Below are positions 45,843-59,264 of a DNA stretch of 64,000 bases, piece after piece; the first letter of the stretch is position 1, and the number at the start of each line of letters is the position of its first letter. A model generated the notes under the pieces. The model made no database searches and was not told where the DNA came from. It saw nothing but the letters and a program-made list of their open reading frames with translations. The position numbers were made by a program, and so were the translations under genes. Origin of the DNA: Eledone cirrhosa (Eukaryota). Location of the stretch: positions 313,038,001 to 313,102,000 of the forward strand of contig OZ024741.1 of NCBI GenBank assembly GCA_964016885.1, in the 5' to 3' direction.

Positions 45843-48800
45843 CGTGGTGAAAATCACACAAAAGACCACGGTCATCCTGACAACCATGGTAAGCACCCGC
45901 TCTCAGTTATCCCACTCCTCATTCTACAGGCGTGTACTCAGAACGGGCCCGTTCACTCGAAACAGATTCTCCACTTTCACCCACTGTTTAACAAACTTAC
46001 TAGAAGATAGCACTTGCACTCCACCCTGATTTTCCTCTTCAGGTGAAATTTAGTCAGGGCTTACCGAAGAGAGCAACGTCTCCGTCTTCAATCCTTTCAA
46101 CCTTGTCTATCATACAATCTCTTTCGCCATGTCCACCAGGCAGATAAAAACTGCCTGCCCTTCCTCCTCCTAAAAGGAGGATGCGGGGCTATCTGCGCAA
46201 TGGACTCAGTCGATAAACGGATCCGTCCTACACGTGACAGCAAATGTTCGACATAGCTCTACAAGTCAGCAATGCTCGAACACTGAAAGAGTGCGTGCAC
46301 AAAGGTTTCGTCACCCTGTGCGCATCTCGGACAGGTTCGGCTTACGGCACTTCCGCGCCTGTAGAGCTTATTTCGAACCCGCAACGCTCCCCGGTAGCAC
46401 AGCCAGGCCACGGATTTCTGGAAGTTGTCCATAGGTCCCGGGCTGAAGTTTTCTTGAAGAAAGCGAACAGCTAATCGGCTTCGACGCCCAGAGTCTACCC
46501 GAGAACGTCGTCATTTCCTCCCACCCACTAATCATCTATAGAACGACGAGGTGGATGTTCCACTGATACTAGTGCACACCTTGTAGAACGATGTTAGCGC
46601 TTGGAAACATTCCAGCTTCCAAGCGCTATCTCACGGTCTTTTCCTGATCCAGGACTGAAGCTCCGCTAATGAGACGAGCTGTGGAAAAACACGTCTGGCA
46701 AACGGCGACCACACCTGTTCACCGTCAAGGATACACCAGAGATGTCGCAGCCTCAGCGCATATTTGAGCATTATCAGCCACAGCATGCCCAGTTCTCCAT
46801 ACAACGGATGCTGACAGCAGATGGATCGTCTGTCCATGAGAGCACACCCCTTCCATAAAAAGCGGAAGAGGAGGCGCTCCCTTTCTGTCAGAGTTGGGCC
46901 GGGGCAAGGCACAACGGTTAGGCGGTTGCAGATGATGGATGCGATAAACGCATTCGCCACCTCTGCTCGACCTTTCAGGGACAGCTTCTTCTTGTCTCAT
47001 TTCTGGTTGAGAGAAGCCACACTGCTCGTCACCTCGCTCAAATTTCTCTGTATCTGGAGGTCCGGACACAACCAGATACCGAGCAGTTTAACCAGTCCTT
47101 CCGTCCATCGCCTCGCCACGCATGTCGGACGGCATGGATTTGCCTCTCCAGGTGCTGAGTTGCAAGCCCTCCGGCCTTTCCTTGCCTATATCTGCTCCTG
47201 TCACCGCTTCGTATTCCTTGAGAGCGATGCCGAGATCTGGACATGTATAGTGCTCGACACCACCACGGTGACCTCGTCGGCGTAAGAAGATACGGATCTG
47301 CCACATCCCAGTTCGCACGGGACGCCTCTCATCGCCTCCAATTTGTACAGTAAAGGCTCTAGGGCCAATACGTACAAGTGCGATGAGAGGGCACAACCCT
47401 GGTGGGCTGAGCGTATGATACAGTACGCGCGTAACAGATGACCGTTCAGCTTCACAACTGAGCTTATGTCGCTGTGCATCGCAGCGGTCCAATCCCTGGA
47501 AATGGGCACGAAACCGACCGTCACGATGGCGACCGCTAGGTACCGATGGTCGAGCCTATCACATGCCTTAGATTGATTCAAGTTGATCAGGGCACCACCC
47601 GTCCCCGGTTCCTTAAGCACCCTCTCTATGATGTATCGCATGAAGTGGAGGTTGTCGTGGATGTATCTGTCCTGAATGGCGCATGTCTGCGCCTCTCCTA
47701 CCAGATTATCGACGTCACGCACCAATCTCGTTGCTAACACCTTGGCCAAAACCTTGTAATCTGCTTTTAACATAGTTATGGTCCTGAAGTTTTCTATAAT
47801 GTCCTCATTGTCTTTTCTCAACAGCGCCACCGCTCCCCGGCTCATAAAGCTGGGAATGCTCCCGTTCTGTTGCCACTTGCAGTAGAAGTCTTCCAAGAGG
47901 TCGCCGAACAGTCTGACATGTACTCATAAAGCACGTAAGTCAGACCATCGAAACTTGGCGATTTACCCCTCATGCAGTCAAACATCGCTTCCCGTATTTC
48001 ACCTGCTTGTTATCGGGTTGAAACAGTTGAGCAAAGTGCTGCTAAAAAGCGTCACACATCTGTTCGGCTTCGAGTAACATGCACCCGTTTTCATCAGGCC
48101 AGGATTGAATTGTGGCTTTGTTGCCACATCGAGCTTCCAACACCCCGGTCCATTGGAGAGCTTTTCTCCCATCGTGTCTCCTACAAAGCAGCCTTCGTGA
48201 TTTGGGTTGAACAATTGGTCGAGGCCCATCTCGCCGCAAGCACGTCGGTTGCGAAGCCTGTCCTAAACGCCTCTTCTAGCTTTCTAACTAGCTCTCCTTC
48301 TACTCTATTTTCCTCTATCACTATTCCTTTGGTAAACCATATCTATTCTACTCTAATTGCACTTTTCAGTGTAAACTACCACCTGTTGTTGACGATCGCC
48401 ACCGGCAACGCGCGCTTAATTAATTCGCTTATCCGGTCACTGTAAGCTTTGCGCGCATTCAGCTTCCAGTAAGCGATCCTTGCCTATGAAGTCTCTCTAA
48501 GTCGACTTCACAGATCACAAATTTATAGTCCGAATAGCCGACTACTTTAAATTGGGAACAAACTACGCTAGCCTTATCTGTTTCCCTACAAAACACCTCG
48601 AAACAATCTGGATGATCTGATGCAGTTTTCCCATGTCACATTGGCACATTCGGATAATCCAGTCTAAACCTGTCAGACAGTTGAAAACGTCTAAGCAGGT
48701 TGGTGAGGCTTTTTACATCCCCCTTCCTTATTTACTAGCCTCACATAATCCCAGCATGCATCTAAGACACCGTTCCAGTCATCCACTAATACTAGAGACC

Positions 48801-50580
48801 GGGACTTTCTAAACGTCTGAAGAAACCTTGCCGTCCTGCCCCTGTTGGGGCGTAGACGGCTACTGGCCGGAAAGCATTGCCTTCGTTGCCTGTCACGTTC
48901 AGTACAACCGACTTACCTTCTGGGTACAGGAATATAGCCCGTATGGCGAGATCCAAACCTCTCCGAAAAAGTGCAGCAACGCCCCCCCCCCCCCCCGATG
49001 CCGGACGGCTGGGAGATGCGTAAAGATCGAAGCCGTCGAAGATCGTGCGAAGTCTCATGCTTCGGAAATTCTGGTCTCGCTGATGGCCACCACATCTATG
49101 TTTAGTGACCTGAGATCGTTAAGCAGGTGGCACTGCTTCCAATATTACCCTAGTCCACGTACATTTATAGTGCTTATTCTAATTACGGCCATGTTGCGAG
49201 AGGAAAGGAGTGAGAAAGGATCACATACCCTGATCGTGTGGGAAAGGGACTGTCGAACTGTCCCTTTGGCTGGTCATGGGTATCTCCAAGATGATATCGG
49301 TGTATATCCTCTTGGTAACCGAACCTCTGAAGTCTCCAAATGCGTTGGGGAATTTTACTTTTAAACGTATATGATGTCCTATTTTAATTTCAATAATGTT
49401 TATATTTTTCGGGAATGTTCTTGGTGTTGGTGGGGTGTAGTAATGTTTGCCTGTAATGTCTGTGTGCTGCTTTATATGTTCTAAGAGTTCTTTATTTGCC
49501 ATATTTATGGCTGTGTAATGATTTTTTTAGGGGTTGGCTGCTGTTTTCTTGTTGCTGCTGTTGGTATATTTGCCTTGTGTTTGCGATGTTGCGGTTTGTG
49601 GTGATGCTGGTGGCGGTGCGGTTGTTGTTGGTGGTGATGCTTGTGGTGGTGGTGGCGTTGCTGCGAGTCGCCTTGCAGCCTTTACCCCTCCTCGTTTGCC
49701 TTCGCTTTTGGATGGTGAATGTAAGGGACTCTTTCTTTTTTGTTTCTTATAGCAGACCGTTTGCCACTCCACTTTTGCCTTAGACTCCATGTCGGATTCC
49801 GTGGCGTCTGCAGATAGGTATGTGCTCCATGGCTGTTGGTGGTGTTAGTGGAGCCCTCTCCGGCGATTTTGTTGCTGGTGCAGCTGCAAATGTAGCTACT
49901 AGTGTTGCCGTCACTAGTGCCGTTGTTTAGTTGTCCGCCGCCTTGGTATTCATGCCACTGACGTTGCCCTCCTACTCACCGTGGAAGGGTCTTCTGCCTT
50001 TGTTGCCTGCCCTGCTCTTAGTAGCAGCGCACCAGCCACCGGAAGGACGGGGGGGGGCTTCTTATTCGCTGTCTCCTGCATGCAGGCAAAAGGCCCTGAG
50101 GTGACCCTATGACCCACGGAGATAGCATTTTGGGCGCCTTCCCTCCACACTTATATGGAGTTGGATTCCGTCCTCGAGGTCTATGATATCGGTGATAGCC
50201 TCGATACACTCCTGGTTAGTTTGCAATTGCCTTTGTATGCCTATACCTGAACAGTTCTCTCTCCCTATTTTCTCTACTTGCATCATGGTCGTCCTGTCCT
50301 CGATTTCAGCAAGGACAGACGCGGCCATCCAAGGTATGGGCACGTCGGGTGGGACCAGGGTCACTTTGAGCCTCACAATTTTCTGCCCGCATTAGGCGGG
50401 CACAATACTCTATCCTCACTCTTTAAGGTTACCAAAGTGTGAGACTTCGCCTCCTGGGGGGTGGCAAAAATATGTCTACTGTGGCATATTTTTTTCCCTC
50501 AGGTTATATGGGTTTTGCGCTCGCAGACGAACCCCAAGGCCTTTTGGATTTGAACCTCCGTGGTTCTCTCCACCCGATGT
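45843..50580 (-). mobile_element. L1/Tx1-clade LINE copy 2 (ORF1 ~50580->49221, ORF2 49192->45924, degraded)
   Basis: Colinear homolog of copy 1: FRTITMLKADYKVLAKVLATRL, LNQSKACDRLDH, QGCALS..LY.LALEPL, YADEVTV, and ORF1 SVEGRRPKCY. Confidence 0.88.
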
Positions 50581-51327
50581 GATATTTTGCTTTCAGTGCG
50601 GTAAGCAAAATAATAATAATAATAACCGTTCCCTGAAACAAAGTATTATTATGTATAGTTAACAGCACCACTAATATGTGTGCGACTTTACCAGACTTGA
50701 GTCGTTTGGATCTATTCGGGGCATGTCCAAAAAATACATCTCTACTCTTTCTTCTTCTCGGTTTCGTCTACTACGGCAGAACTGAAAATGCCAGGATTAT
50801 TTCTCTTCCCATTCTGTATCAATAAATAAATAAAAAAAATATATGTATAACATTAAATCTAAAACAGTTATCGCCTCGTAAAGAAATTATATTGTGAAAT
50901 AGAACATGAGTAATCTACTGAAGTTTAGCAGAAAGGCTGCACACGCCGTCTCGTGACACTGAACGCTAACGATAATTCCGTTACCAACGTCGTGACGAAC
51001 GCCACTCCGACAAAATTTTCGGCTAATGTAAAACAGCTGAGTTTTCCTCACTTTCGATTCATAATTTAGCTCGGCTTGCTATGTCCTTCCTTTCTATTGC
51101 TGGATTTATTATATTATTAACATGGCAGTCAACTATAGCCGCTGGTAAGATAATAACTCATTTGTTATCTTATTCACTTATTGAATACTTTAATTACTTG
51201 ACTGTCCTCAAATGTCTTTCTCATGTTCATTAATACTGTCATGTTGTCACCTGATCTTCCAACCTAACAGTAGCGGTCCACATTAATAGCTGACGAGAAG
51301 TTACTACCCGTGGTAGTCAGTATCTAT

Positions 51328-51441
<114 letters not shown>

Positions 51442-51832
51442 GTGTGTGTGTATACATAGATATATGTCATCATCATCAACATTTCACGTTCGCTTTCTCT
51501 GCAAGCAATAATAATTGACGTGGAGTCAATACCCGTAGTAGTCAGATTGAATGTATGTATGTACTTCTGGTTTTATGATTTCACAAAGTTTTACCAATAG
51601 AGAGAGAGTCGGTTTCTAACATAGATACAAGACTCTCTTATTGGAATTTACACAACATCAACTAGGTAGATATGTATGTATGTCTGCATGCATGCATGTG
51701 TAGATATGGATGTTATTGTATGTGTGGACGTGTATGTTTTGAGTTGTATGTGTGCATGTGTATATGCTTTGTATCTGTACATGTGTATATGCAGTTATTA
51801 GATGCAAAATTTTTGGAATGTATGTATGTATG

Positions 51833-51892
<60 letters not shown>

Positions 51893-51934
51893 TTTGCGTG
51901 TGTGCATGTATATATATATATATATATATATGAC

Positions 51935-54900
51935 ATCATAATCCTCATTTCATGTCCGCTTTTCCTGCAAGCAAGTGTTGGGTGGGATTACATAGAACAA
52001 ATTAGTACTGAAGCGTGGCTACTGTCCTACCAGACAGGCCAAGCTCATATTGAGAAGTTGTTTTTTGACACAAACTGAAGGGTCCTACTCGCCCTTTGGT
52101 TAGTAAGTTTTCTGCGGCGGCATCCTTTCCTAACACCAACTGCCTTGCAACGTGTACTGATTGCTTTTATTGTGTAGATAAACAGAACTAAGGAGGTTGT
52201 GATTTTGAAACAACTAAAGAGTTATATCAATTCTTTTAGGTATGGGATCTACAGCGGATGAACTTCCTCTCACCAAAAACTTTGGGGAGATTGGCCATAA
52301 ATCCAACTGCAGAACCTTCTCAAATCTGGAGAAGGGACAATAAGGGAGGGAGATAAGTATGAAGTTATAGGTATGTGTGAGGATTTGTTTGGCAGGCCAA
52401 TGAATAAAGGGTAGGAGTTGCTGATTAGTGTATATGGTGTAGTCGTGTGAAGGATGTGGTCAATATGGTTGAGAAATGGGGCGTGATGGAGAGATAGGAA
52501 GTGAGGTTAGGGATGAGTAAGCGTTAGGGGTAGCTGATTAGTGCACGGGGAGGGTGGTCCAGTGAACGCGGTGGTCGATAGAGATTGGGGGTCGTGTTAG
52601 AGAGATGAGTATGGGATAGTGAGGGATAAGGTTTGCTAGTAGGGGTGGAGTGAACAATGGGGAGAGAAAGCAGCTACTATTGGCCAATGGTGAGGATATC
52701 TAAAGTTTTTAGTGTGTGAGTGGTTCTTGAGGGTGTATGAATAGTGGATGCCACATTGGGGAGGACAGATGGGGAGAGTAATAGTCGGAGGGAGAGGGTA
52801 GTTGATGGATGTGTCAGGTCATATTTTATGATTCTGGTCGGGTCTTCATTAACACAGCATAGCGCCAGCCCATTCGACCTTTTGTCATCACAAGATTTTT
52901 GCTCTGCCTTTTCCTCGCATTTCGTTGTTCAGCGGCTATCTTCCATACGCATCAAATAACCATAACAGAGTAATCTTCTCTCCTTTTCACATTTCATCCA
53001 AATCCTCTTATATAATATTTTGTTCTCAGTTCACTTCTTCTATGTTGTCCATGCACATTATCATTGCACATTCATCCGAGCATTCTGTCGTCATTTCTCT
53101 CCAGCCTTCGGAGGTCTTCTGTAGTTTTCCTGCCATGTAGCATTGCCCTTTGCAACAAAGGCATCATACGGTCTATTCTTCACTCCGGGCGAGAAAATGT
53201 TTGTTGTTAGCAGAGGTATCAGCTCTTTAAACATCTTCCAACCTGTTTTGATCCTGGTTGTCACACCTTCAGTGTATGCTCCACACTTGTGATTTTGATC
53301 GCCTAAATAACAAAAACTGTTGATAACTTTTAAGGAGCTTGCCTGGAGGCTAAAGGAGCTCATTCACGTAAGTTCTTAGGGCTCCTTCCTTCTGTGCATC
53401 AGCCACCTCTCTTGTGAGTTCATCAATTGCACTCTATGGACCTTATAGAACTCCTGCGCACCCTTTTATGGCACATAGAACACATCCATCTCCCTGATTG
53501 TATCACCTTCTTGTCCTCTTTCGTACTTAGCGCGTTTGCCTTTGATGCGATTAGTTTTAGTCTTTTCAACTCTTGGTTCTTGTCTGTTTGAAAATGTGTC
53601 CCTTACCCTCTTACGGATTCAGTTGAAAAACTAGGTCATCAGCATATAGGAACGCCCACGGAGTACCAGTTTTGAAATAGTCAGTGAAGAACAATGAAGA
53701 GCAGTGACAAATAGGAGTGGACTAAGGAATGAGCTCTGGTGGACATCGAACTGACCTTCGTCACTCTACTGGCATCCAGCTTTTTTATACATGGCCCACA
53801 CAGCTCTCACAAAACATTCATCTACATCTAGCTTCCTAAGTGTCCACCATATTACAGAGATTGGACCCTGTCAAAGGCATTCTCCCTATCTACAATATCC
53901 TGATATAATGCCATACACTTTGCTTAGTACCTCTGAAGCAGTTTTCTCACTATAAAGGGGGAATCAGTGGTACTCTTCTTCTTCTTCTTTTTCTTCTTCT
54001 TCTTCTTCTTCTTCTTCTTCTTCTTCTTCTTCTTCTTCTTCTTCTTCTTCTTCTTCTTCTTCTTCTTCTTCTTCTTCTTCTTCTTCTTCTTCTTCGTCAT
54101 CCCCCTCATATTCCTAAGATAGTAGTGGGTGGGAGAAGAGTCTTCAACCATTCCTTCCGGTGGTTTTGTCAGAAGCAACCGTCTCCAAATGATCCAGCTA
54201 GATCCCCTATCTACACCCGACGAGCTCATGGATGTTATCCAACCATCTTGCTCGGTGTCTGTATCTGGGTTTCCTACCGGTTGCGTTCGCCCGTATCATC
54301 TATCTAGAGATGTTTTCCCCGAGACATTCTAAACACATGCATAGAGTATCGTATTTGTAATCTCTCAATTCAGAGAAGTAGCGATTCTTCCTGGAAGGAC
54401 ACCTGGTCTCCCGCTACGCACTCTACTGAGTAATGCTATTCGAAATAATTTTTTGGAGGAACCCCATTTCTAACGCTTGTATTCACGATCATATTCGTTT
54501 CGTCATTACCCAAGATTCATGACCATTATGAGTGTTGACACGAATACCGTACTGAAGATAACTAGTTTGGATTTTTCACCCACATCCCTTCCGATTACCG
54601 ACGGCTGAAGCTGGCGCATTACAGCACCAGCTCCTGAAATGTTTGCACTTAATTCAGCCTCTTGCGTTCCATCAATTGTGAACATCGTTCCGAGATACTT
54701 GAATTTCTCCACTTGTTTCAGTCGAACTCCATTCATATATAGATTGCACGACGCAAGATTTCTTGAGACGACGAGTGTCTCAGTTTTCGCAGCATTGATT
54801 TTCACTTCAACCATGTAGCACTCCACATCAAACCTACAGAGTGCAATTCGGTGATTATCTTCTGCCGAGTTAAGGAATACCGAGTCGTCTGAAAGTTCTA

Positions 54901-55655
54901 GCCGACTGATTTAACACTTGCTAGTCGTGATACAACTTCCAGCCTGACTGCGCATGTCAATCATTTTCATGTAAATAATGAACACGATAGACGAAAGACA
55001 CATCCTTGGCAGTGTCCGATTCCAACATTGAATGGTTTCCATTTAGCACCATTTATCCAGTGGTAGTCCTAACTAGCATAAATCCAAACTGCATCTTGTC
55101 TACTTTGATTATCTCCCGAATTAATAATGCAAGACATGGTCCATTAACTTGATACCTCCGTACTTATTTTCTCTAGTGCATCTTCATAGTCCTTGTAGTA
55201 GTTGACAATAACTTTGCTGCTGCAGTCAATGGGTATGACACCTTTCTTGAACTACCTGATTAACTATATGTCCGAATAGCACATATCCTACAATGCCGGG
55301 TGCATTTAGCCTCTCAACAAATATACCAGATGGTCCAGTGGCCTTCTCTACCTTCATGTTCTTAATTGTTTTATCTATCTCACTGCTGTCAACTTCTTAG
55401 CTGATCCCTTAGTAAGATCAACATGCGGTAAGCCCTTACTGTCCCATTTATTCTCTTTGTTCAGTAGTCTCTCATAGTAAATACAACTTTTCGGCATAAG
55501 ACAGGGTAAGTGTCCCACTGCCATTTCGACCATTTCACGATTTTCTCTAGCTCACTCTCTTGCAATCCGATATACTTCCTTCAACTGATCTTCGCGACAA
55601 AGAACATGAGCAATTGTTTTTATCCCTCTATCGTTGCTAGGTATACCTAGTTAAA
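51935..55655 (-). mobile_element. Old RTE-clade LINE, interrupted by a second RTE-like insertion
   Basis: Minus-strand remnants include VINSFCYLGD...RIKTGWKMFKELIPLL, FLYADDLV-like (53650) and DREKAFDRV-like (53880). The tail is (GAT)n-like at ~51935. Boundaries are approximate. Confidence 0.65.
53973..55060 (-). mobile_element. Nested 5'-truncated RTE-like LINE ending in a (GAA)n tail ((TTC)n at 53973-54095)
   Basis: KINAAKTETLV...LKQVEKFKYLG (54506-54826) and QGCVFR-like at ~55005. The 3' end runs into the trinucleotide tract. Confidence 0.6.
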
Positions 55656-55660
55656 CCTAG

Positions 55661-56070
55661 CTAAGGAGATAATAGAGGTAAGGGTGGGTTGGAAAGACTG
55701 GACAAAAGAAAGAGAGGATCAAGCTGTTCATGGGAGAAAGAAGTGGCGCCGATAGAATACTCGATGTAACGGCCGTATAGCTCATGGGTAGGTGCAGTAT
55801 ACTGGGGGAAAATGTTAGCTTCGATGAATCTGACGAACAAGTCGGCGTATTTCGGGCACATTCAATTTTCCAAGGCTATCCCGGTAATTTGTTGTTAATT
55901 ATTTCCTGAAAGGGGAAAACCTTTTGGGTTGAGAACGATCTCAGCAAGGTGAAAGCATCGAAGTGCTTGCGGAGGTGGGTGGAACGTACATCTAGAAGGT
56001 GTGGGTGGGCGCGGTGGTCTTTAACGTGAGGGATGATGTTGTAGAGAGAGGTGATGTCCATGCTAGTTTT
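55661..56070 (-). mobile_element. Degenerate PLE reverse-transcriptase fragment
   Basis: MDITSLYNIIPH, MCPKYADLFV...LYGRYIE (RT motifs A, B', C remnants). Confidence 0.6.
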
Positions 56071-56951
56071 AACTTTCATCATTACAGGGTCAATAGCATA
56101 AATCACCCGTAACGCACTGGGGTCAAATTAATCGACTTTCACCATTCCCGTCAAATTCCTGGCTTTGTGCCCAAAATAGACACATATTAGTTTTATTTTT
56201 GTTGATTGTCGTCACAGCATTGCCGAGCACTATTATGTGCACCTTCGGTATGAACATTTCCTTGCTGTGCAACTTCTTGAATCTGCATCTGATATTAAAC
56301 TATAAAGTTTTTGATTATGTTTCGGTCTATGAGTATTTTATTCCCAGATTATTTATTGAAAGGATTCTTTCTACTTACGTCATCCACATTCAGTTTATTT
56401 GGATAATTTCTCCATTTCTTTGGCAGAAATATATATATAGAGAAATATCTGTTATTTTAATAAATATATATATAAATATATATATATATATAGGGATTTA
56501 GTATCAGTGCTCTGAAATAGCGATGTATGTATGAATGTATGTATAGTATATTTGATAATATACTGTATGTTTAATTAAAAACATTTAGAAGGCCATTCGC
56601 TATGAGTTTTAAAGTAGTAAGTATGTCACTTACTTAGTCTCAGCAACAGAAAAGGAAAGCGACTGTATCGTAAATGTGCAAAAGTATACCAAAAATGTTT
56701 GTTAAAAGTTTGGTAGCTGCTCGTAAACTGACATGTTATAATGTCATAAAAAATATCAAAGTGGGGTAACAAATAACGTTGAATTATGAGCCTACTGATG
56801 CTGATATTACCATATTATAGAACAAAGAAACATTCTTGACCTTTTAAAACTATTTTATTAACTTTTGTTAGGTTTGGGAAATATGTCACTATATTTTGAT
56901 GATAACAAGTCGTGGTTACCTTAAAACCGATACCGCATTGTGGCATCATTG

Positions 56952-57159
56952 TCATTTTTTAAAATCATGCACATAGTCTTTGCAATCGATTACTCTAACT
57001 TCAAACGGCTTGTTATCCAAAACGGGAACTGAAAATTCGATAATATCCTGAAATCCGTGTACCATGTCATCATGCAATGGTAGCAAATAATTGTGATATG
57101 TAATGACATCCTCATAAACCAATTCATCTTTAAAGTAGAAATTGATAGACTTTATCACC
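56952..57159 (-). other. Possible exon of an unidentified gene or element
   Basis: A tttcag acceptor at 57165-57160 is followed by a 68-codon non-repetitive frame (VIKSINFYFKDELVYED...VRVIDCKDYVHDFKK*). An AAG|gtaacc donor-like site lies at ~56920, beyond the stop. No family recognised. Confidence 0.25.
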
Positions 57160-57399
57160 CTGAAACATGTATCTTATATAGTGTTATTTTAGAAATGAAA
57201 GCATTGAGGGTGATTTACAGTTGAAAAGCGTATTTTACTTTGCATGCAATAACGTATAGAGATCTTTTGCGAATAAGTCACTAAGGAAAAATATCACATT
57301 TTGAAATAATCAGAGACCTGTATAATAGAATGTATTAAAAAAGTATTGTCAAAAAGATCGACAAAATTGACAACACAGTTGCCTTTTGACAACCATCAT

Positions 57400-58500
57400 A
57401 CTTCAGTATAGTACAAACACCTCACATAGTCATCATCATTATCAAGACTGAGTGGACGGAAATTTTGTTCAGACAAAGAATTCGATTTTAGCTTGTTCAC
57501 AGTTTTAACGACTAACTGCAGGACATCAGCAAAGCCTCCCGTTGTTATTGTTGCCTCTAATTACCGCCTCTGAACCATACAATTGACTATTGAAAGAGGG
57601 TGACATAGTCCAAGTTTTAAGAGAGAAGAGAAACTTCTATATTTACCTAATGAAACATGCATTCCCCTCCATCAAATGCACAGTCAGCAATATTGTTCAA
57701 TGAATGTTATGCTAATTGCAAAATAGCTTTAATAAATCTAAAATAGACCTGCCTTTGGGTCAATCAACAATTGATCACTAAACTGCATCTACCCAAATGT
57801 TTGGATATGTTCATTTAAAGATACGAACATACATTATAATAAAGCATTGATTTCTTACAACTGTTAGTTCGATAAATTGTATGAACAATTCAGAACTCCG
57901 GAGATAATGGATTAGAGTATTTTGGACGTTGATAGTTATTCACCTTTACGACGAGAACTTATTATCACTAAATGGAAATATCTTTATAATTATGCCTGTG
58001 ATTTTTAATGCATTACAGTCGAGAGAACTTCTTCAATAATAGGTAGAGGTAATGCTTTGCATAAAGTGTGGGTCGTATCGATATTTGGGGCCAGTAAAGC
58101 TGTGTGGTACGACGCAATCGTCACTTTATTTGCTGAGTAGTTAGTTTCTGAAATTCCGACATTTTACGCTTTTCGAATGAGGCGTTAAGTTGGCAGAAAT
58201 ATGACAAAGGCTGTTGCATCTAGTTGGCAAGATTAGAATATATATGATACTTTATAGTGAGGGTTTCATTGCTTAAAGTTGGGTTGACTGCTCTGTGGTG
58301 AAGCGATAACTCCATAAAATAATAATGCTGTATTGGCGACAAATTTTGTTAAATGGCGACAGCGAGTTGTTTAAAAATCGTACAATACACTGACACAATT
58401 GGAGAAATAATGTTCGTTCAATATTTTATATTATTACTCGAAGTCCGTTGTTACTGATCCACAAATACAAGATGACAAGAGCGTGTTAATCATTTGCCGA
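57400..58500 (-). mobile_element. Possible very old hAT-transposase remnant
   Basis: Broken minus-strand peptides KKSML/IIMYVR, CAFDG..CM and IVW appear in the order expected for ZNF862-like hAT transposases. The signal is weak. Confidence 0.25.
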
Positions 58501-59123
58501 TCAATACAATCCACCATTAAATGGCTGTCTGTTTATATGATCATGCGGTTTCAGTTATGGATATTTACCATCTTGAGATTCTCATATTTTGCCTGGTATT
58601 ATCGTCTGCATTTCCTTGTCTACAACTGTCGTCATAGTTCTTAGTGGTCATCGCGTGTGTCAATTTTATGTGCGATCCCGGTGCTGGCGTTGGCAATTTT
58701 CTTCTGAAGTCATTTGATAATTTTACTAGAAAAGTTATTCTTGGTCTTCCCTTACCTGATTTATATCAGAAAAGTTACATATGTCATCCAAAGAAGTATT
58801 TGAATGTTAATGAACATTCTTAAAAATATAGAAAATACCAAACTCTCCCCTGTTTGCAGGATTGTTCACATCTTATCTAGGAATTTGTTTCTCATATAGC
58901 GTCCGGTTTTGTTAAACAGGTTCTTCGCATATCGCCTTTCAATAACTTTCTCAGGTAACATATGTTATAACACCATAATACTCAAAATCCCATATCCTCC
59001 GCAAAACTTTCCAATTACCTACCATTTTCTGTTCGGTTACAACAGTTGGAATCGCCCACCGTTGGGTGATATCGCATATGTCGGGAAACGTTGCTTAACA
59101 TGTAAGAAAATGCCGTCAGCCGA

Positions 59124-59217
<94 letters not shown>

Positions 59218-59219
59218 AA

Positions 59220-59250
<31 letters not shown>
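59124..59250. repeat. (CA)n microsatellite (also (TG)n at 63466-63565 and TG/TA-rich tracts at 62350-62640, 62850-63060)
   Basis: Direct reading. Confidence 0.95.
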
Positions 59251-59264
59251 GATAGATATATATA

